Assembly (NCBI GenBank): GCA_016201405.1
Contig: JACQCZ010000014.1
Coordinates: 106,631 to 170,630 of the forward strand
From: Candidatus Acetothermia bacterium
Lineage (GTDB): Bacteria; Bipolaricaulota; Bipolaricaulia; RBG-16-55-9
Length of the DNA stretch: 64,000 nt
Direction: 5' to 3'
In this document: positions 18,886 through 28,154 of the stretch, piece after piece
How positions within the stretch are numbered: the first letter of the stretch is position 1
Layout: every line of letters begins with the position of its first letter
The notes under the pieces: generated by a model
Database searches by the model: none
Seen by the model: only the letters and a program-made list of their open reading frames with translations
Told to the model about the DNA's origin: nothing
Translations under genes and position numbers: made by a program

Positions 18886-19652
18886 ATCTCAGTCTGCCGC
18901 TTCAAGATAACGCAAAGCTCAAGATTGTCGTTGGACGAATCGAGCAGCACATTGCTCTCGAGACTTTTTGGCAATGTTCCAATATTAACGCGGTAGATCG
19001 GCTCGGCTATAACGATCATGGGCCCATCCATATCAAGATTGTGGCCAATCTGGCTCTGAAACTTTTGCGAATGCTCGTAAAGTCGGGAATCAAGACAAGC
19101 ATAGAGCTCAATTACAAAATGACCAGAGAGGATGCCGAGATTGTGGTCATTCTGGCAGCCTGCCTTCATGACATCGGCCACATTGTCCACCGAGCCAACC
19201 ACGAAGAGTTTTCAGTGGCGCTCGCTCCTCCGCTGATCGATGAGCTCTTGGCGGGTGTCTATGAGGGGGCACAAAAAGCGATTATGCTCTCCGAGACATT
19301 GCACGCAATCTACTCGCACCGCGCTGAGATCAGGCCGCTTACTCTGGAAGCGGGGGTCGTCAAGATCGCGGATGCGCTTGATATGGAGCACGGGAGGGCA
19401 CGCATCCCCTTCTCCAAAGGCACGCCATCCATTCATGCTGTCTCAGCCATGGCCATTGAAAAAGTGAGCATTCGCGAGGGTGAGAAGAAGCCGATCTGCA
19501 TTGACATCCGCATGTCAAACTCTGCCGGAATATATCAGCTCGACAATCTTCTCAAAGACAAAGTCGAGAGCTCGGGCATCAAAGAGTATTTTGAGGTCCA
19601 GGCTGAGATCACCGGTGAAGAGAAAAAAATTGTGAGCCGGTACGAGATTTAG
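18882..19652 (+). CDS. HD domain phosphohydrolase
   Basis: 256 aa; HD motif region CLHDIGHIVHR; translationally coupled to nadM. Confidence 0.8.
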   Translation: MNLSLPLQDNAKLKIVVGRIEQHIALETFWQCSNINAVDRLGYNDHGPIHIKIVANLALKLLRMLVKSGIKTSIELNYKMTREDAEIVVILAACLHDIGHIVHRANHEEFSVALAPPLIDELLAGVYEGAQKAIMLSETLHAIYSHRAEIRPLTLEAGVVKIADALDMEHGRARIPFSKGTPSIHAVSAMAIEKVSIREGEKKPICIDIRMSNSAGIYQLDNLLKDKVESSGIKEYFEVQAEITGEEKKIVSRYEI

Positions 19653-19966
19653 CCAGGGGTTGGCGTAATGGCGCTTCGTTGACCTTGTATTGGTTGACTT
19701 TTTACAGACCCCCGTCCTATTTTCCACGTGGGAAATTCTTGGGTGTGGGATTAGCGACCGAGTTGCACAGTACCCCTAATTGACATGTTGCACCCCAGAA
19801 GTATCTCTCGTCCCTAAAGCCGGGCTGATTCCTAGGGATTGGCCCGGCCCCCTAGGGCTCTCTCAAACTCACATCACAAATGTTGATCAAGCTCCAATTG
19901 GCCTGTCAGCACAGGCGTAGAGAATAAGATAATCAATGGGACAATGCATTCATCGAGCATGCCGCC

Positions 19967-19993
19967 TTGACAGCATGCAGATGCAGGCATAAT
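19967..19993 (+). promoter_or_regulatory. putative sigma70-type promoter for the seven-gene operon
   Basis: TTGACA at 19967-19972, 15-nt spacer, CATAAT at 19988-19993; GGAGG RBS at 20021-20025 before ATG 20031. Confidence 0.45.
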
Positions 19994-20030
19994 CTTTCAA
20001 CCAACATCGCGGGCGCGAGCGGAGGCATTG

Positions 20031-21905
20031 ATGAGGGGGGCATTATTTCGCTGGATTCTGAGAGTTCTATTCTCTCTTCTTCTGGTCCTCTCCTTCGCTT
20101 ACCAAACTGGGCTTGCAGATGTCAGTCTAGATGTCGAAGTGGGCTTTGGAGGCCAATTCATGTCCGGCCAGTACACTCTCGTCCAGGTCGTCTTGCAATA
20201 TCAGGGCCCGCCTCTCACGGGAGAGCTGGCACTTCACCAAGAGTACAAATCTCCGCTCGAGAGCGAGAAGTCCTTTTCTGAGCGGCGCACGGTGCGCCTG
20301 GGCTCAAATGTCAACCAGCTCTATCAATTCTATTTCCCCGTCTCCCGCTCTCCCTGGCCCAATGAGGATCAGCCCGCTCTCTCCATCACGCTCTCATCCA
20401 ATGGGAGCGTGGTATTTTCGAAGCGCGTTCCCCTCGCCGGCGACGTTGAGCCACAGCCGCTCGTGCTCGGAGTGAGTGAGACCAACTTTCCCCGCATGCT
20501 CACGACAGGAGAGCGGATAGAGAGCGTGGGACTCAATCAGCTGCCGGAGGACTGGCGAGGATATGACGGAGTGAGAAGAATCTATCTGGGCCGCGCGAGA
20601 ACCGACCAGCTCACCAAGCGCCAACAAGACGCGATCCAGCAGTGGATCACACGGGGCGGAGAATTCGTGGTGCTCGGCGGTGAGAATTTCTACTTGCAGG
20701 ATTCTTCGTGGCTGCGCCAGATCATTCCGTTTGATGTCTCAGGAATCGAAGCGGCACAGGCCTCGTCCGATCTGCCCACGTATGTTGCAGGCAAGCCTCT
20801 CGGGGAAGTCCTCATTCAGCGGGCTGCGATCCCACTTCTGGTAGAGCAGCGGGTCGTCAATGGCATCATCTTCTTTTCCGTGCTCGACTTATCACAGCAG
20901 ACGGAATTGTCTCAAGCCATCTGGAACGACTTGCGGCAGACCTCTTCTCTGCTCGACAATCAGCCTCCTGATCTGGGCTCAAAGATTTTGGGAAACACCC
21001 AGCTCGCTTATCCATCAAAGCCGCTCCTTGGCGCTCTGTTGATTCTTTATCTAATAGGCTTTGCCTATATCAGCCTTTGGATGCTGCGGCAGCCCCTCAA
21101 CACCTTGCTCTCCTCTCCCGAGGGCGGTGAGATGCGCAGAAAGAGGCAGGGCTGGAAGGTGCTCGCCTTTGTTGTCGGCTGGATGCTCATCTTTGCAGTC
21201 CCGAGCCTTGCCTATCTGGGCCAGCCCAGATTTCACAGTTATTTTCAGTCTCTTGAGGTCGGGTTGATCAGAGCCCAGGAGGGATCGTCCTGGGGCTGGA
21301 GCCAGAGCTGGTACAGTGTCATCTCCAAGAAGGAGCGCAGCCTCTCGCTGGCAGCCAGCGACAACTCTCTCATCCTGCCCCTGGGGCAGACGCAGCTGGA
21401 ACTGCTGCAAGAACGCCCCGATGCGTGGGATTTGGACTTTTCACCCAACCCTATGAAAAGCTGGTCCACAGAGAACCTCTATACCGAAGAGATGGTGCCG
21501 CTTGACATCGGCGTACGCGCGGACAAAGAGGGTGGAGATGTCAGAGGCTCTCGGATTCAGGTCTATAATGGCAGCCAATGGAACCTGCGGGATGCCGTGC
21601 TCTTTCGCAACGGAGTCTATTATCCCATCGGAGAGGTCCCAGCCGGAAAGTCGCTCACCGCTGAGCTTAGCGGTCTGGGACTCAATGAGTGGTCACCATG
21701 GAGTGGCTTCAAAGACCTCTGGAGCATCGAGGAGCGGGTGAAGAATGTCATCATGAATCAGCTCGGGATTACGGATGAATTGAAGAGGGATCGCAGCCAA
21801 TGGGTCTTGCTCGGCTGGGCCGAAGTTCGCGCGCTGACTCAGGCTTACCGCGAAAATCGTCAGGGACTTTCACTCATTCTCATTCGCTCCAAGGAGCAAG
21901 AGTAG
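20031..21905 (+). CDS. hypothetical exported/membrane protein, first gene of the MoxR-VWA operon
   Basis: About 624 aa; N-terminal signal peptide, two central TM helices, no recognised catalytic motif. The ORF formally starts at TTG 20028. Confidence 0.5.
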   Translation: MRGALFRWILRVLFSLLLVLSFAYQTGLADVSLDVEVGFGGQFMSGQYTLVQVVLQYQGPPLTGELALHQEYKSPLESEKSFSERRTVRLGSNVNQLYQFYFPVSRSPWPNEDQPALSITLSSNGSVVFSKRVPLAGDVEPQPLVLGVSETNFPRMLTTGERIESVGLNQLPEDWRGYDGVRRIYLGRARTDQLTKRQQDAIQQWITRGGEFVVLGGENFYLQDSSWLRQIIPFDVSGIEAAQASSDLPTYVAGKPLGEVLIQRAAIPLLVEQRVVNGIIFFSVLDLSQQTELSQAIWNDLRQTSSLLDNQPPDLGSKILGNTQLAYPSKPLLGALLILYLIGFAYISLWMLRQPLNTLLSSPEGGEMRRKRQGWKVLAFVVGWMLIFAVPSLAYLGQPRFHSYFQSLEVGLIRAQEGSSWGWSQSWYSVISKKERSLSLAASDNSLILPLGQTQLELLQERPDAWDLDFSPNPMKSWSTENLYTEEMVPLDIGVRADKEGGDVRGSRIQVYNGSQWNLRDAVLFRNGVYYPIGEVPAGKSLTAELSGLGLNEWSPWSGFKDLWSIEERVKNVIMNQLGITDELKRDRSQWVLLGWAEVRALTQAYRENRQGLSLILIRSKEQE

Positions 21906-21907
21906 CG

Positions 21908-22666
21908 GTGTCCGCGCAAGAGCGCGCATCAGTAGCCAATCCCAAGAGCACTGCCCCGAAAATCCCTTGGCTGGGAACCGATTGGGACTACTGGTTCGAC
22001 CGCGAGACGTGGTCATCCCTGATGGCGTTTCTTCTGCTGTCGGGAGGCATCTTGCTCGTTGCCTTGCCGAACACAACCGAAGTCGGCAGGCTCACTCCCA
22101 AATCCATGGAAGCGACTGATCTCTTCTCGGCCCTCTATTCAATCTTATTTGGGATTCTGGCGATCACGCTTGGACAGGCCGAGTTGTCTTGGGGACATCG
22201 GCTCAGCAGCCAGGAGCATTTTGTTCATCTATTTAGCCGTCTGGTGGTGCCGCTGGTGCTCAGTCTGCCCTACTGGATTCTTTATATCTTCGCCAATATC
22301 ATGAGCCCACTTTTAATTATTGTACTCCTTGTGCATTTTATTTTATATGGTTATGTGCTCGGGCTTTGCGGCTGGCGGCTATCGCTGATGGGGCAGTCCG
22401 AGATCTTCCAATTCAACATCAAATATCTGAGCTACTTTGGGCTGGTCGCGATTACCTTCTTTGCTGCGCCGCTCCAGTTCATCAATCCCATCTTGGCGAT
22501 CACGGAGATTTTGGGGGAGAATGGCATGGCTCCCGCACTCAATCTGTTGGGCTTCTATACCGCATGGCTGGCGCTGGGTGCGGTCATAGCGTACTTGATC
22601 TTGCACAAACTGAATACGGAGAATCGAGAAATGGAGGAGTATGAAAACGAACTATCTCGTCGTTGA
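21908..22666 (+). CDS. hypothetical polytopic membrane protein
   Basis: About 253 aa with about 6 predicted TM helices; GTG start immediately after the upstream stop (the ORF track begins at 21800, overlapping the previous gene). Confidence 0.45.
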   Translation: MSAQERASVANPKSTAPKIPWLGTDWDYWFDRETWSSLMAFLLLSGGILLVALPNTTEVGRLTPKSMEATDLFSALYSILFGILAITLGQAELSWGHRLSSQEHFVHLFSRLVVPLVLSLPYWILYIFANIMSPLLIIVLLVHFILYGYVLGLCGWRLSLMGQSEIFQFNIKYLSYFGLVAITFFAAPLQFINPILAITEILGENGMAPALNLLGFYTAWLALGAVIAYLILHKLNTENREMEEYENELSRR

Positions 22667-24380
22667 GCAAGAGGTGATTGAGGCGCGGCGGCGGTTGAAT
22701 CGCCTTCAGGGTGTGCGGCTGGGGTTGACTCTCTCAGCCTCGCTGACGCTCGTCTATCTCATTCTCTTCTTCTTTGGCTGGGTACAGTTGATTCAGCCCT
22801 GGCCGATTCTCATTCTCTTTAACGCCATCTGCGGCGGACTCGGCATGATGTGGGGAGATCGGCGTCCAACGCGCCTCCAGCACGACCTGCTCCGTGTCGA
22901 CCGCGCGCTAGGGCTTGGCGAGAAGCTCACGACGATCTTTGAGCTTCGCCGGGGTGAGCGCTCATCCGACATCTTGGAAGCCCTCTATCGCCGGATTGAC
23001 CAGAGCCACGTCGATCCCAAAGAAGTCTTCAAGCTCCCCCGCACGGAGCAGAATGGCTGGTATGCGCTCGGCGGGATCACTGCCGGCATCTTGCTGATGA
23101 TCGGGCTTTGGGGGAATGGCCTCAGTCTCCTCCATATTGAGCAATGGCTCCAAGGTCTGCCGATAAATGAGCTTTCCAGTCAACAGACTCTCCTGGGTAA
23201 AGATGCACTGGATGGCTCACAAAGCGTTTTAGGGAAGGGCCAGAATCAATCGAATGCCAAAGATAAGAAGAGTGATGACGCAGCCTGTGAAAAGCAAGAC
23301 TCTTCTTCAACAGCCCTGAGCAGCGATGCAAATTGCGTCAATGGCAGAGATCAGAATTCACCTACAGATTCGCAAAATCAGACGGCGAAGAATCAAAATG
23401 GCCAGAATATGCCGCCAAACTTTCCACAGAGTCTGTCCGATTTGCTGCAACAGCTCCAGCAGGGGAATATCTCACAAGATGAAGTGCAAAAAGATCTGAG
23501 CAGCCTCGCCAATCAGCTTCCGCCAGGCCTGTTGCAAGATATGCTAAAAGACGCAGCAAAGAGCATGGATCCTGCTGACCTTGCGAAGCGGCTGGCCGAT
23601 GCCCTCAAGGAAGCACAACGTCAGGATGAGAACCAGAAGAAGCGGGCTCAATCCAATGACAAAAATGACAACCAGCCCTCTCCTCAAGGGGGCCCAGGCT
23701 CCAAAGGCCAGGGGATCCCGGGTATGGCCTCTGGAGACCAATTGGCAAATCAGAATCAAAACAACTCGAATAAATCAGGCACAGAAGCCCCGAACAGCGG
23801 GAGCTCTTCCTCACAATCCGGTGAGAACCCAGATCAGCCCAAAGGTGGGGATCAGTCAAACCAGTCTGGGCAGGCCGGGGGCAAGCAGGGCAGCAGTGAC
23901 TCCCTCTCCCAGAATGGCAAGAGCAAAAATGACTCACCCGACAAGAAAGATGAAAACGGGAAGAGCTCTGATGGCTCCGGCACGAACGACGGATCCAATA
24001 ACAGCGGAAGTAGTAGCGGCTCCCCTGAAAGCTCATCGGATGACGAGGGCTCTGGTGGCAAAGACTCATCGGGTGGCAATGGAGCCGGTGACACCGCTGG
24101 AAATGGCAAGGATGGGAAGAAGGATCAGTCTTTGACCATGGATAAGAGCCTGCTCATCCACGGCGCCAGTCTTCCGCAGGATGCTGAGCAGCTCAAGCGG
24201 TTAATTACGCTTGGATTGCCCGTGGATTTGCAAGGCACTCAAGCCGATGGGACACCCACGCTCAAGCTCAATATCGAGCGTGTCGAGTCGCTGCTCCAGC
24301 TCCGCGAGCTTCCCCCCAATCTGAGAGCGCTGGTCCGGGCCTATTTCTTGGCTATCGCCGGAGAAAAATCGTCCAAATAA
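22641..24380 (+). CDS. hypothetical membrane protein with a roughly 300-aa Q/N/S/D/G/K-rich disordered region
   Basis: 579 aa; N-terminal TM helices, third TM near residue 150, long low-complexity polar segment, conserved-looking C-terminal 80 aa. Start overlaps upstream stop by 26 nt. Confidence 0.5.
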   Translation: MKTNYLVVEQEVIEARRRLNRLQGVRLGLTLSASLTLVYLILFFFGWVQLIQPWPILILFNAICGGLGMMWGDRRPTRLQHDLLRVDRALGLGEKLTTIFELRRGERSSDILEALYRRIDQSHVDPKEVFKLPRTEQNGWYALGGITAGILLMIGLWGNGLSLLHIEQWLQGLPINELSSQQTLLGKDALDGSQSVLGKGQNQSNAKDKKSDDAACEKQDSSSTALSSDANCVNGRDQNSPTDSQNQTAKNQNGQNMPPNFPQSLSDLLQQLQQGNISQDEVQKDLSSLANQLPPGLLQDMLKDAAKSMDPADLAKRLADALKEAQRQDENQKKRAQSNDKNDNQPSPQGGPGSKGQGIPGMASGDQLANQNQNNSNKSGTEAPNSGSSSSQSGENPDQPKGGDQSNQSGQAGGKQGSSDSLSQNGKSKNDSPDKKDENGKSSDGSGTNDGSNNSGSSSGSPESSSDDEGSGGKDSSGGNGAGDTAGNGKDGKKDQSLTMDKSLLIHGASLPQDAEQLKRLITLGLPVDLQGTQADGTPTLKLNIERVESLLQLRELPPNLRALVRAYFLAIAGEKSSK

Positions 24381-24402
24381 ATCTCATTCAACGAGGGATA
24401 TC

Positions 24403-25389
24403 ATGACCATCGAGATGCAACTGGCAAAAACAGAAGAGGTCTTCCAGAAGCTGACGCGTGACATTCAGAAAGTTATTGTCGGCCACCAGGAGACTATCCG
24501 GGGGACGCTGATCTGCCTGCTCTGTGGCGGGCATGCTCTTCTCGAAGGCGTACCCGGGCTCGGCAAGACCCTCACCGTAAAGACGCTGGGTAAATTATTG
24601 GGGCTCTCTTTCTCCAGAATTCAGTTTACGCCCGATCTCATGCCCGCAGACATTTTGGGAACCAATATCATTGTGGAAGAGGGAGGCCGGAGGGCCTTTG
24701 AGTTTTCAAAGGGCCCCATCTTTGCCCATATTGTGCTGGCGGACGAGATAAACCGCGCCACCCCCAAGACGCAATCTGCGCTCCTCGAAGCGATGCAGGA
24801 GCGCGGGGTCACCATCTCCGGCAAAACTTATGTACTGGACGAGCCATTTATCGTTCTGGCCACGCAGAACCCCATCGAGATGGAAGGCACATATCCTCTG
24901 CCTGAGGCACAAGTAGACCGCTTCTTCTTCAAGATTGTCCTCGATCAGCCGACGCAAGAAGAGCTGGACGAGATTCTCAAGCGCCACATGACATCACCGG
25001 AAGTGAAGCACATCGCCGGAAGCGCCATCTCGCGCGAGACTCTAGTCGACGCAAAGAAGCTGATGGCTCAGATCCCTATTGCGGAGCCGTTGCGCCATTA
25101 CATCGTGCGGCTGGTCAATGCCACGCATCCCAAGCGGGATGAGGCAGCTCCGCTGGTCAAAGAATACGTCGAATATGGAGCGAGCCCGCGCGCTGGCATC
25201 GCCCTTCTCTGGGGCGCAAAGGCCAATGCATTCTTAGATGGCCAATTGAACGTTCGCATCGAAGATATTCAGCGCGTCTTTGTGCCTGCATTCCGGCACC
25301 GAATCATCCGCAACTTCCGGGGCGAGGCGGAGGGCATCGCCGTCGATGAGATCTTAAAACAAGTGATCGAGAAGACTCCCGAGGTATAG
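24403..25389 (+). CDS. MoxR family AAA+ ATPase
   Basis: 328 aa; Walker A GVPGLGKT, Walker B VLADEINR, and the MoxR sensor region. Confidence 0.9.
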   Translation: MTIEMQLAKTEEVFQKLTRDIQKVIVGHQETIRGTLICLLCGGHALLEGVPGLGKTLTVKTLGKLLGLSFSRIQFTPDLMPADILGTNIIVEEGGRRAFEFSKGPIFAHIVLADEINRATPKTQSALLEAMQERGVTISGKTYVLDEPFIVLATQNPIEMEGTYPLPEAQVDRFFFKIVLDQPTQEELDEILKRHMTSPEVKHIAGSAISRETLVDAKKLMAQIPIAEPLRHYIVRLVNATHPKRDEAAPLVKEYVEYGASPRAGIALLWGAKANAFLDGQLNVRIEDIQRVFVPAFRHRIIRNFRGEAEGIAVDEILKQVIEKTPEV

Positions 25390-25395
25390 CGGCAC

Positions 25396-26268
25396 ATGCC
25401 CCTTCTGCTCGATTCAGCCTATCTCAAAAAGCTCGAAAACCTGGGTCTGGTCATTCGGGGGCGCTTTCATGGCTATATGACCGGAAAGCGGCTCACTTCC
25501 CGCTCCGGGATGAGCCTGGAATTTGCTGAATACAAAGAATATTCGCCGGGGGATGATTTTCGCTATGTAGACTGGAATCTCTATGGACGCCTTGGGAAGC
25601 TCTTTGTCAAACGCTTTAACCGCGAAGAGGACGTTCCGATCTATCTCTTTTTGGACATTAGCCATTCGATGGCCATCGGAGAAAAGCTCAATTACGCCGT
25701 TCTGCTGGCGGGCACGCTGGCCTATTTAGGACTGAAAGAATTCAATCGCGTCGGGATCTTTCCGTTTGCCAGCGATCTGGCTCTCGGCGTGCCTCCCAAA
25801 GGGAGCTACAAACAGCTCTTCCAGATCTTCCATTTCTTAGAGAAAGTCGTGCCAGCGGGAGAGACCTCCATCAATGAGTCCCTGACGCGCTTTACGCGCA
25901 TCCGCCGTGAGAGCGGGCTGGCCGTCATTATCAGCGACATGCTCAGCGAGGATGGCTTTGAAGAGGGACTGGCACAGCTCCTCTATCATGGCTATGAGGT
26001 GATCGTCCTTCATCTGTTGGCTCCCGATGATTTGAATCCAGCGTGGAATGGCGAGATTCGCCTCAAAAATATTGAAGACCAGAAGGAGATTACAGTCCAT
26101 GTGGATCGCGCTGCGCTGAACGAGTACCAGACGGCCTTGGATAATTATCGTTCAAGACTGGAAGCATTCTGTCGTGAGCGCGGCATCCGCTATGCCCTGG
26201 TCTCTACGGACAGCCCTCTTGAGAAGACAGTCTTCGAGACCTTGCGGGAAGGGGCGCTGGTTCAATGA
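25396..26268 (+). CDS. DUF58 domain protein (MoxR partner)
   Basis: 290 aa; DUF58 signature YVDWNLYGRLGKLFVKRF and LFLDISHSM; directly downstream of MoxR. Confidence 0.85.
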   Translation: MPLLLDSAYLKKLENLGLVIRGRFHGYMTGKRLTSRSGMSLEFAEYKEYSPGDDFRYVDWNLYGRLGKLFVKRFNREEDVPIYLFLDISHSMAIGEKLNYAVLLAGTLAYLGLKEFNRVGIFPFASDLALGVPPKGSYKQLFQIFHFLEKVVPAGETSINESLTRFTRIRRESGLAVIISDMLSEDGFEEGLAQLLYHGYEVIVLHLLAPDDLNPAWNGEIRLKNIEDQKEITVHVDRAALNEYQTALDNYRSRLEAFCRERGIRYALVSTDSPLEKTVFETLREGALVQ

Positions 26269-28154
26269 CCTTTCTATCGGGCATTGCGCTCTGGCTTCTA
26301 GGCCTTGGTGCGATCATCACATTTATTTATTTCTTAAAGCGCCAGGCGCGGGTGCAGCCCGTCTCGACGCTCTTTCTCTGGCAAAGGATTGAGCAGAGGC
26401 CCCAGAGCGCGCTCCGTTTTCAGTGGACCCAGCTCCTCGGGCTCATCTTGCAGTTACTGGCTCTCACAGCCATTGTGGTGGGGATTGCCCAGCCGGTGAT
26501 CTACTCTGCCAGCGGCGGTGTGGGACGAATGGCCATTCTGCTCGATGGAAGCGCCAGCATGCGAGCGCTCATGCCTTCTGAAAAGATCACACGCTTTGAG
26601 CGGGCCGTACAGCGGGCTCAAGGGTTGCTCGATGAGAATCCGGCTGCCGAGGTGACCTTGGTCGAGGCACAGACGCACAGCGCAATCCTTGTACCGCCTA
26701 CCCATGATCATTCCTTCATTCGCAAGGCTCTGAGCGACGCCAGGCCGACGTATCAGGGGAATGCTGACTCGGGCGAGCTGCTCAGCCTTCTTCAAAGTCA
26801 GAGCAGCACAGGCTATGACCAAGTTGTCCTGATCAGCGATCAAGCTGCCAAGCCGCAGCAGCAGCAATTGGGGATTGATGTTGAGTCCGTCTTGGGAGAT
26901 GAATCTTCTGAAAATATTGCCCTTACGGACTTTTCTGTGCGTGAGCAGCCCAATGGCAAGGGGTATGACTTCTATCTCCAAGCCTGGAACTCATCGAGTG
27001 ATGCAGTAAACGTTCCGCTGGATATAGAAGCCGATGGGAAATCCGTCCAGTCGGATGTGATCACCATCCCCGCGCATGGCTCTCTCTCACGAACTTTCTC
27101 ATCGTCGCTTCGCTATGCGGATGAGTTTCGAGCCAAGATCGATACCACGGCTCTTCCCGACGACTGGAGCGATGATGACGTACGCTATGCGACATCTCCA
27201 CAGCCACCCCCCTGGAAGATTTTATGGGTAGGCAAGATCAATTTTTATCTAGAGAGCTTTTTGCAGAATTCAGGAGAGGTTGACCTGACCGAGAAGGCGA
27301 CCCTGGATGAAGCGGGAGATCTCAACCGCTATGACGTGGTCCTGCTCAATCAAGTCGATCTTTCGGATGCTCAGGCTGGCGCGGGTCATTATCTGGCATT
27401 TGGCGGCTCTTTTGGAAGCTATATCCTCTCCAAAAGCATTCATGATCTGACGAGTGGCGCGGTGGATGTCCAGAAAGATGACCCACTCTTGCAAGGGATG
27501 GACCCGACCGCTTGGCGACTGCTCCACATTCCGGACGCGGCCGTCGATCCCAAGGGAGAGGTCTTATTATCTTCCGAGAGTCTTCCGTTTCTTTATATTT
27601 ATGAGAAGCCGGGTCTGCGGCTTTCGTATATCGGAGCCGATTTGGAGGCTTCCAATCTTGTATTGTCGATTGATTTTCCAATACTGATCTATCGTCTGCT
27701 CTCTTGGCTTTCTCCCCGCTCTGGGGAGAGCACAACGCTGACGGCTGGAGACGAGCTTCCGCTATCATCATTAGAAAATATAAAGAGCATTGTCGATCCG
27801 CAAGGCAAGACCTGTCAATACAATTCTTCCGCAAGCCAGTGCGGCAGCTTGGGCGAGATCGGTTTCTATCAGGCCACGCGAGCCGATGGAGAGGCCGTGA
27901 CTTTCGCCGCCAATGCGGATCCAACAGAGTCTATTTGGGAGGATGCTTCGGATGCGGCTGCAACTGCAGTGACTCCGACGAGCTCACAGCAGGCAGGGTC
28001 ACTGGGCGACACGCCGCAAGCGTTAAAAGCGGCGATCCCTGTATGGCCCTATTTGCTGGCGATTGGATTGATCTTATTACTGGCTGAGCTCTTCACATTT
28101 CACCGTCCAACGGCAATTCCATGGCTGCCCTCCCTGGGGAGGAAGAGGGCATGA
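26265..28154 (+). CDS. BatA-like membrane protein with VWA domain
   Basis: 629 aa; N-terminal BatA-type TM region, MIDAS-like DGSAS motif, C-terminal TM helix. Start overlaps upstream stop. Confidence 0.7.
   Translation: MTFLSGIALWLLGLGAIITFIYFLKRQARVQPVSTLFLWQRIEQRPQSALRFQWTQLLGLILQLLALTAIVVGIAQPVIYSASGGVGRMAILLDGSASMRALMPSEKITRFERAVQRAQGLLDENPAAEVTLVEAQTHSAILVPPTHDHSFIRKALSDARPTYQGNADSGELLSLLQSQSSTGYDQVVLISDQAAKPQQQQLGIDVESVLGDESSENIALTDFSVREQPNGKGYDFYLQAWNSSSDAVNVPLDIEADGKSVQSDVITIPAHGSLSRTFSSSLRYADEFRAKIDTTALPDDWSDDDVRYATSPQPPPWKILWVGKINFYLESFLQNSGEVDLTEKATLDEAGDLNRYDVVLLNQVDLSDAQAGAGHYLAFGGSFGSYILSKSIHDLTSGAVDVQKDDPLLQGMDPTAWRLLHIPDAAVDPKGEVLLSSESLPFLYIYEKPGLRLSYIGADLEASNLVLSIDFPILIYRLLSWLSPRSGESTTLTAGDELPLSSLENIKSIVDPQGKTCQYNSSASQCGSLGEIGFYQATRADGEAVTFAANADPTESIWEDASDAAATAVTPTSSQQAGSLGDTPQALKAAIPVWPYLLAIGLILLLAELFTFHRPTAIPWLPSLGRKRA

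Noticed and set aside
21800-21907. Upstream extension of the 21800-22666 ORF overlapping the previous gene by 105 nt
   Set aside because: An in-frame GTG directly after the upstream stop gives a compact, coupled start; the extension is Arg/Ser-rich and lacks membrane-protein character.
23581-24135. Alternative-frame ORFs (23581-24135 +, 23605-24069 -, 23852-24109 -) inside the 22641-24380 gene
   Set aside because: Proline/arginine/serine-rich translations typical of out-of-frame reading through low-complexity DNA; the 579-aa frame has proper TM helices and operon coupling.
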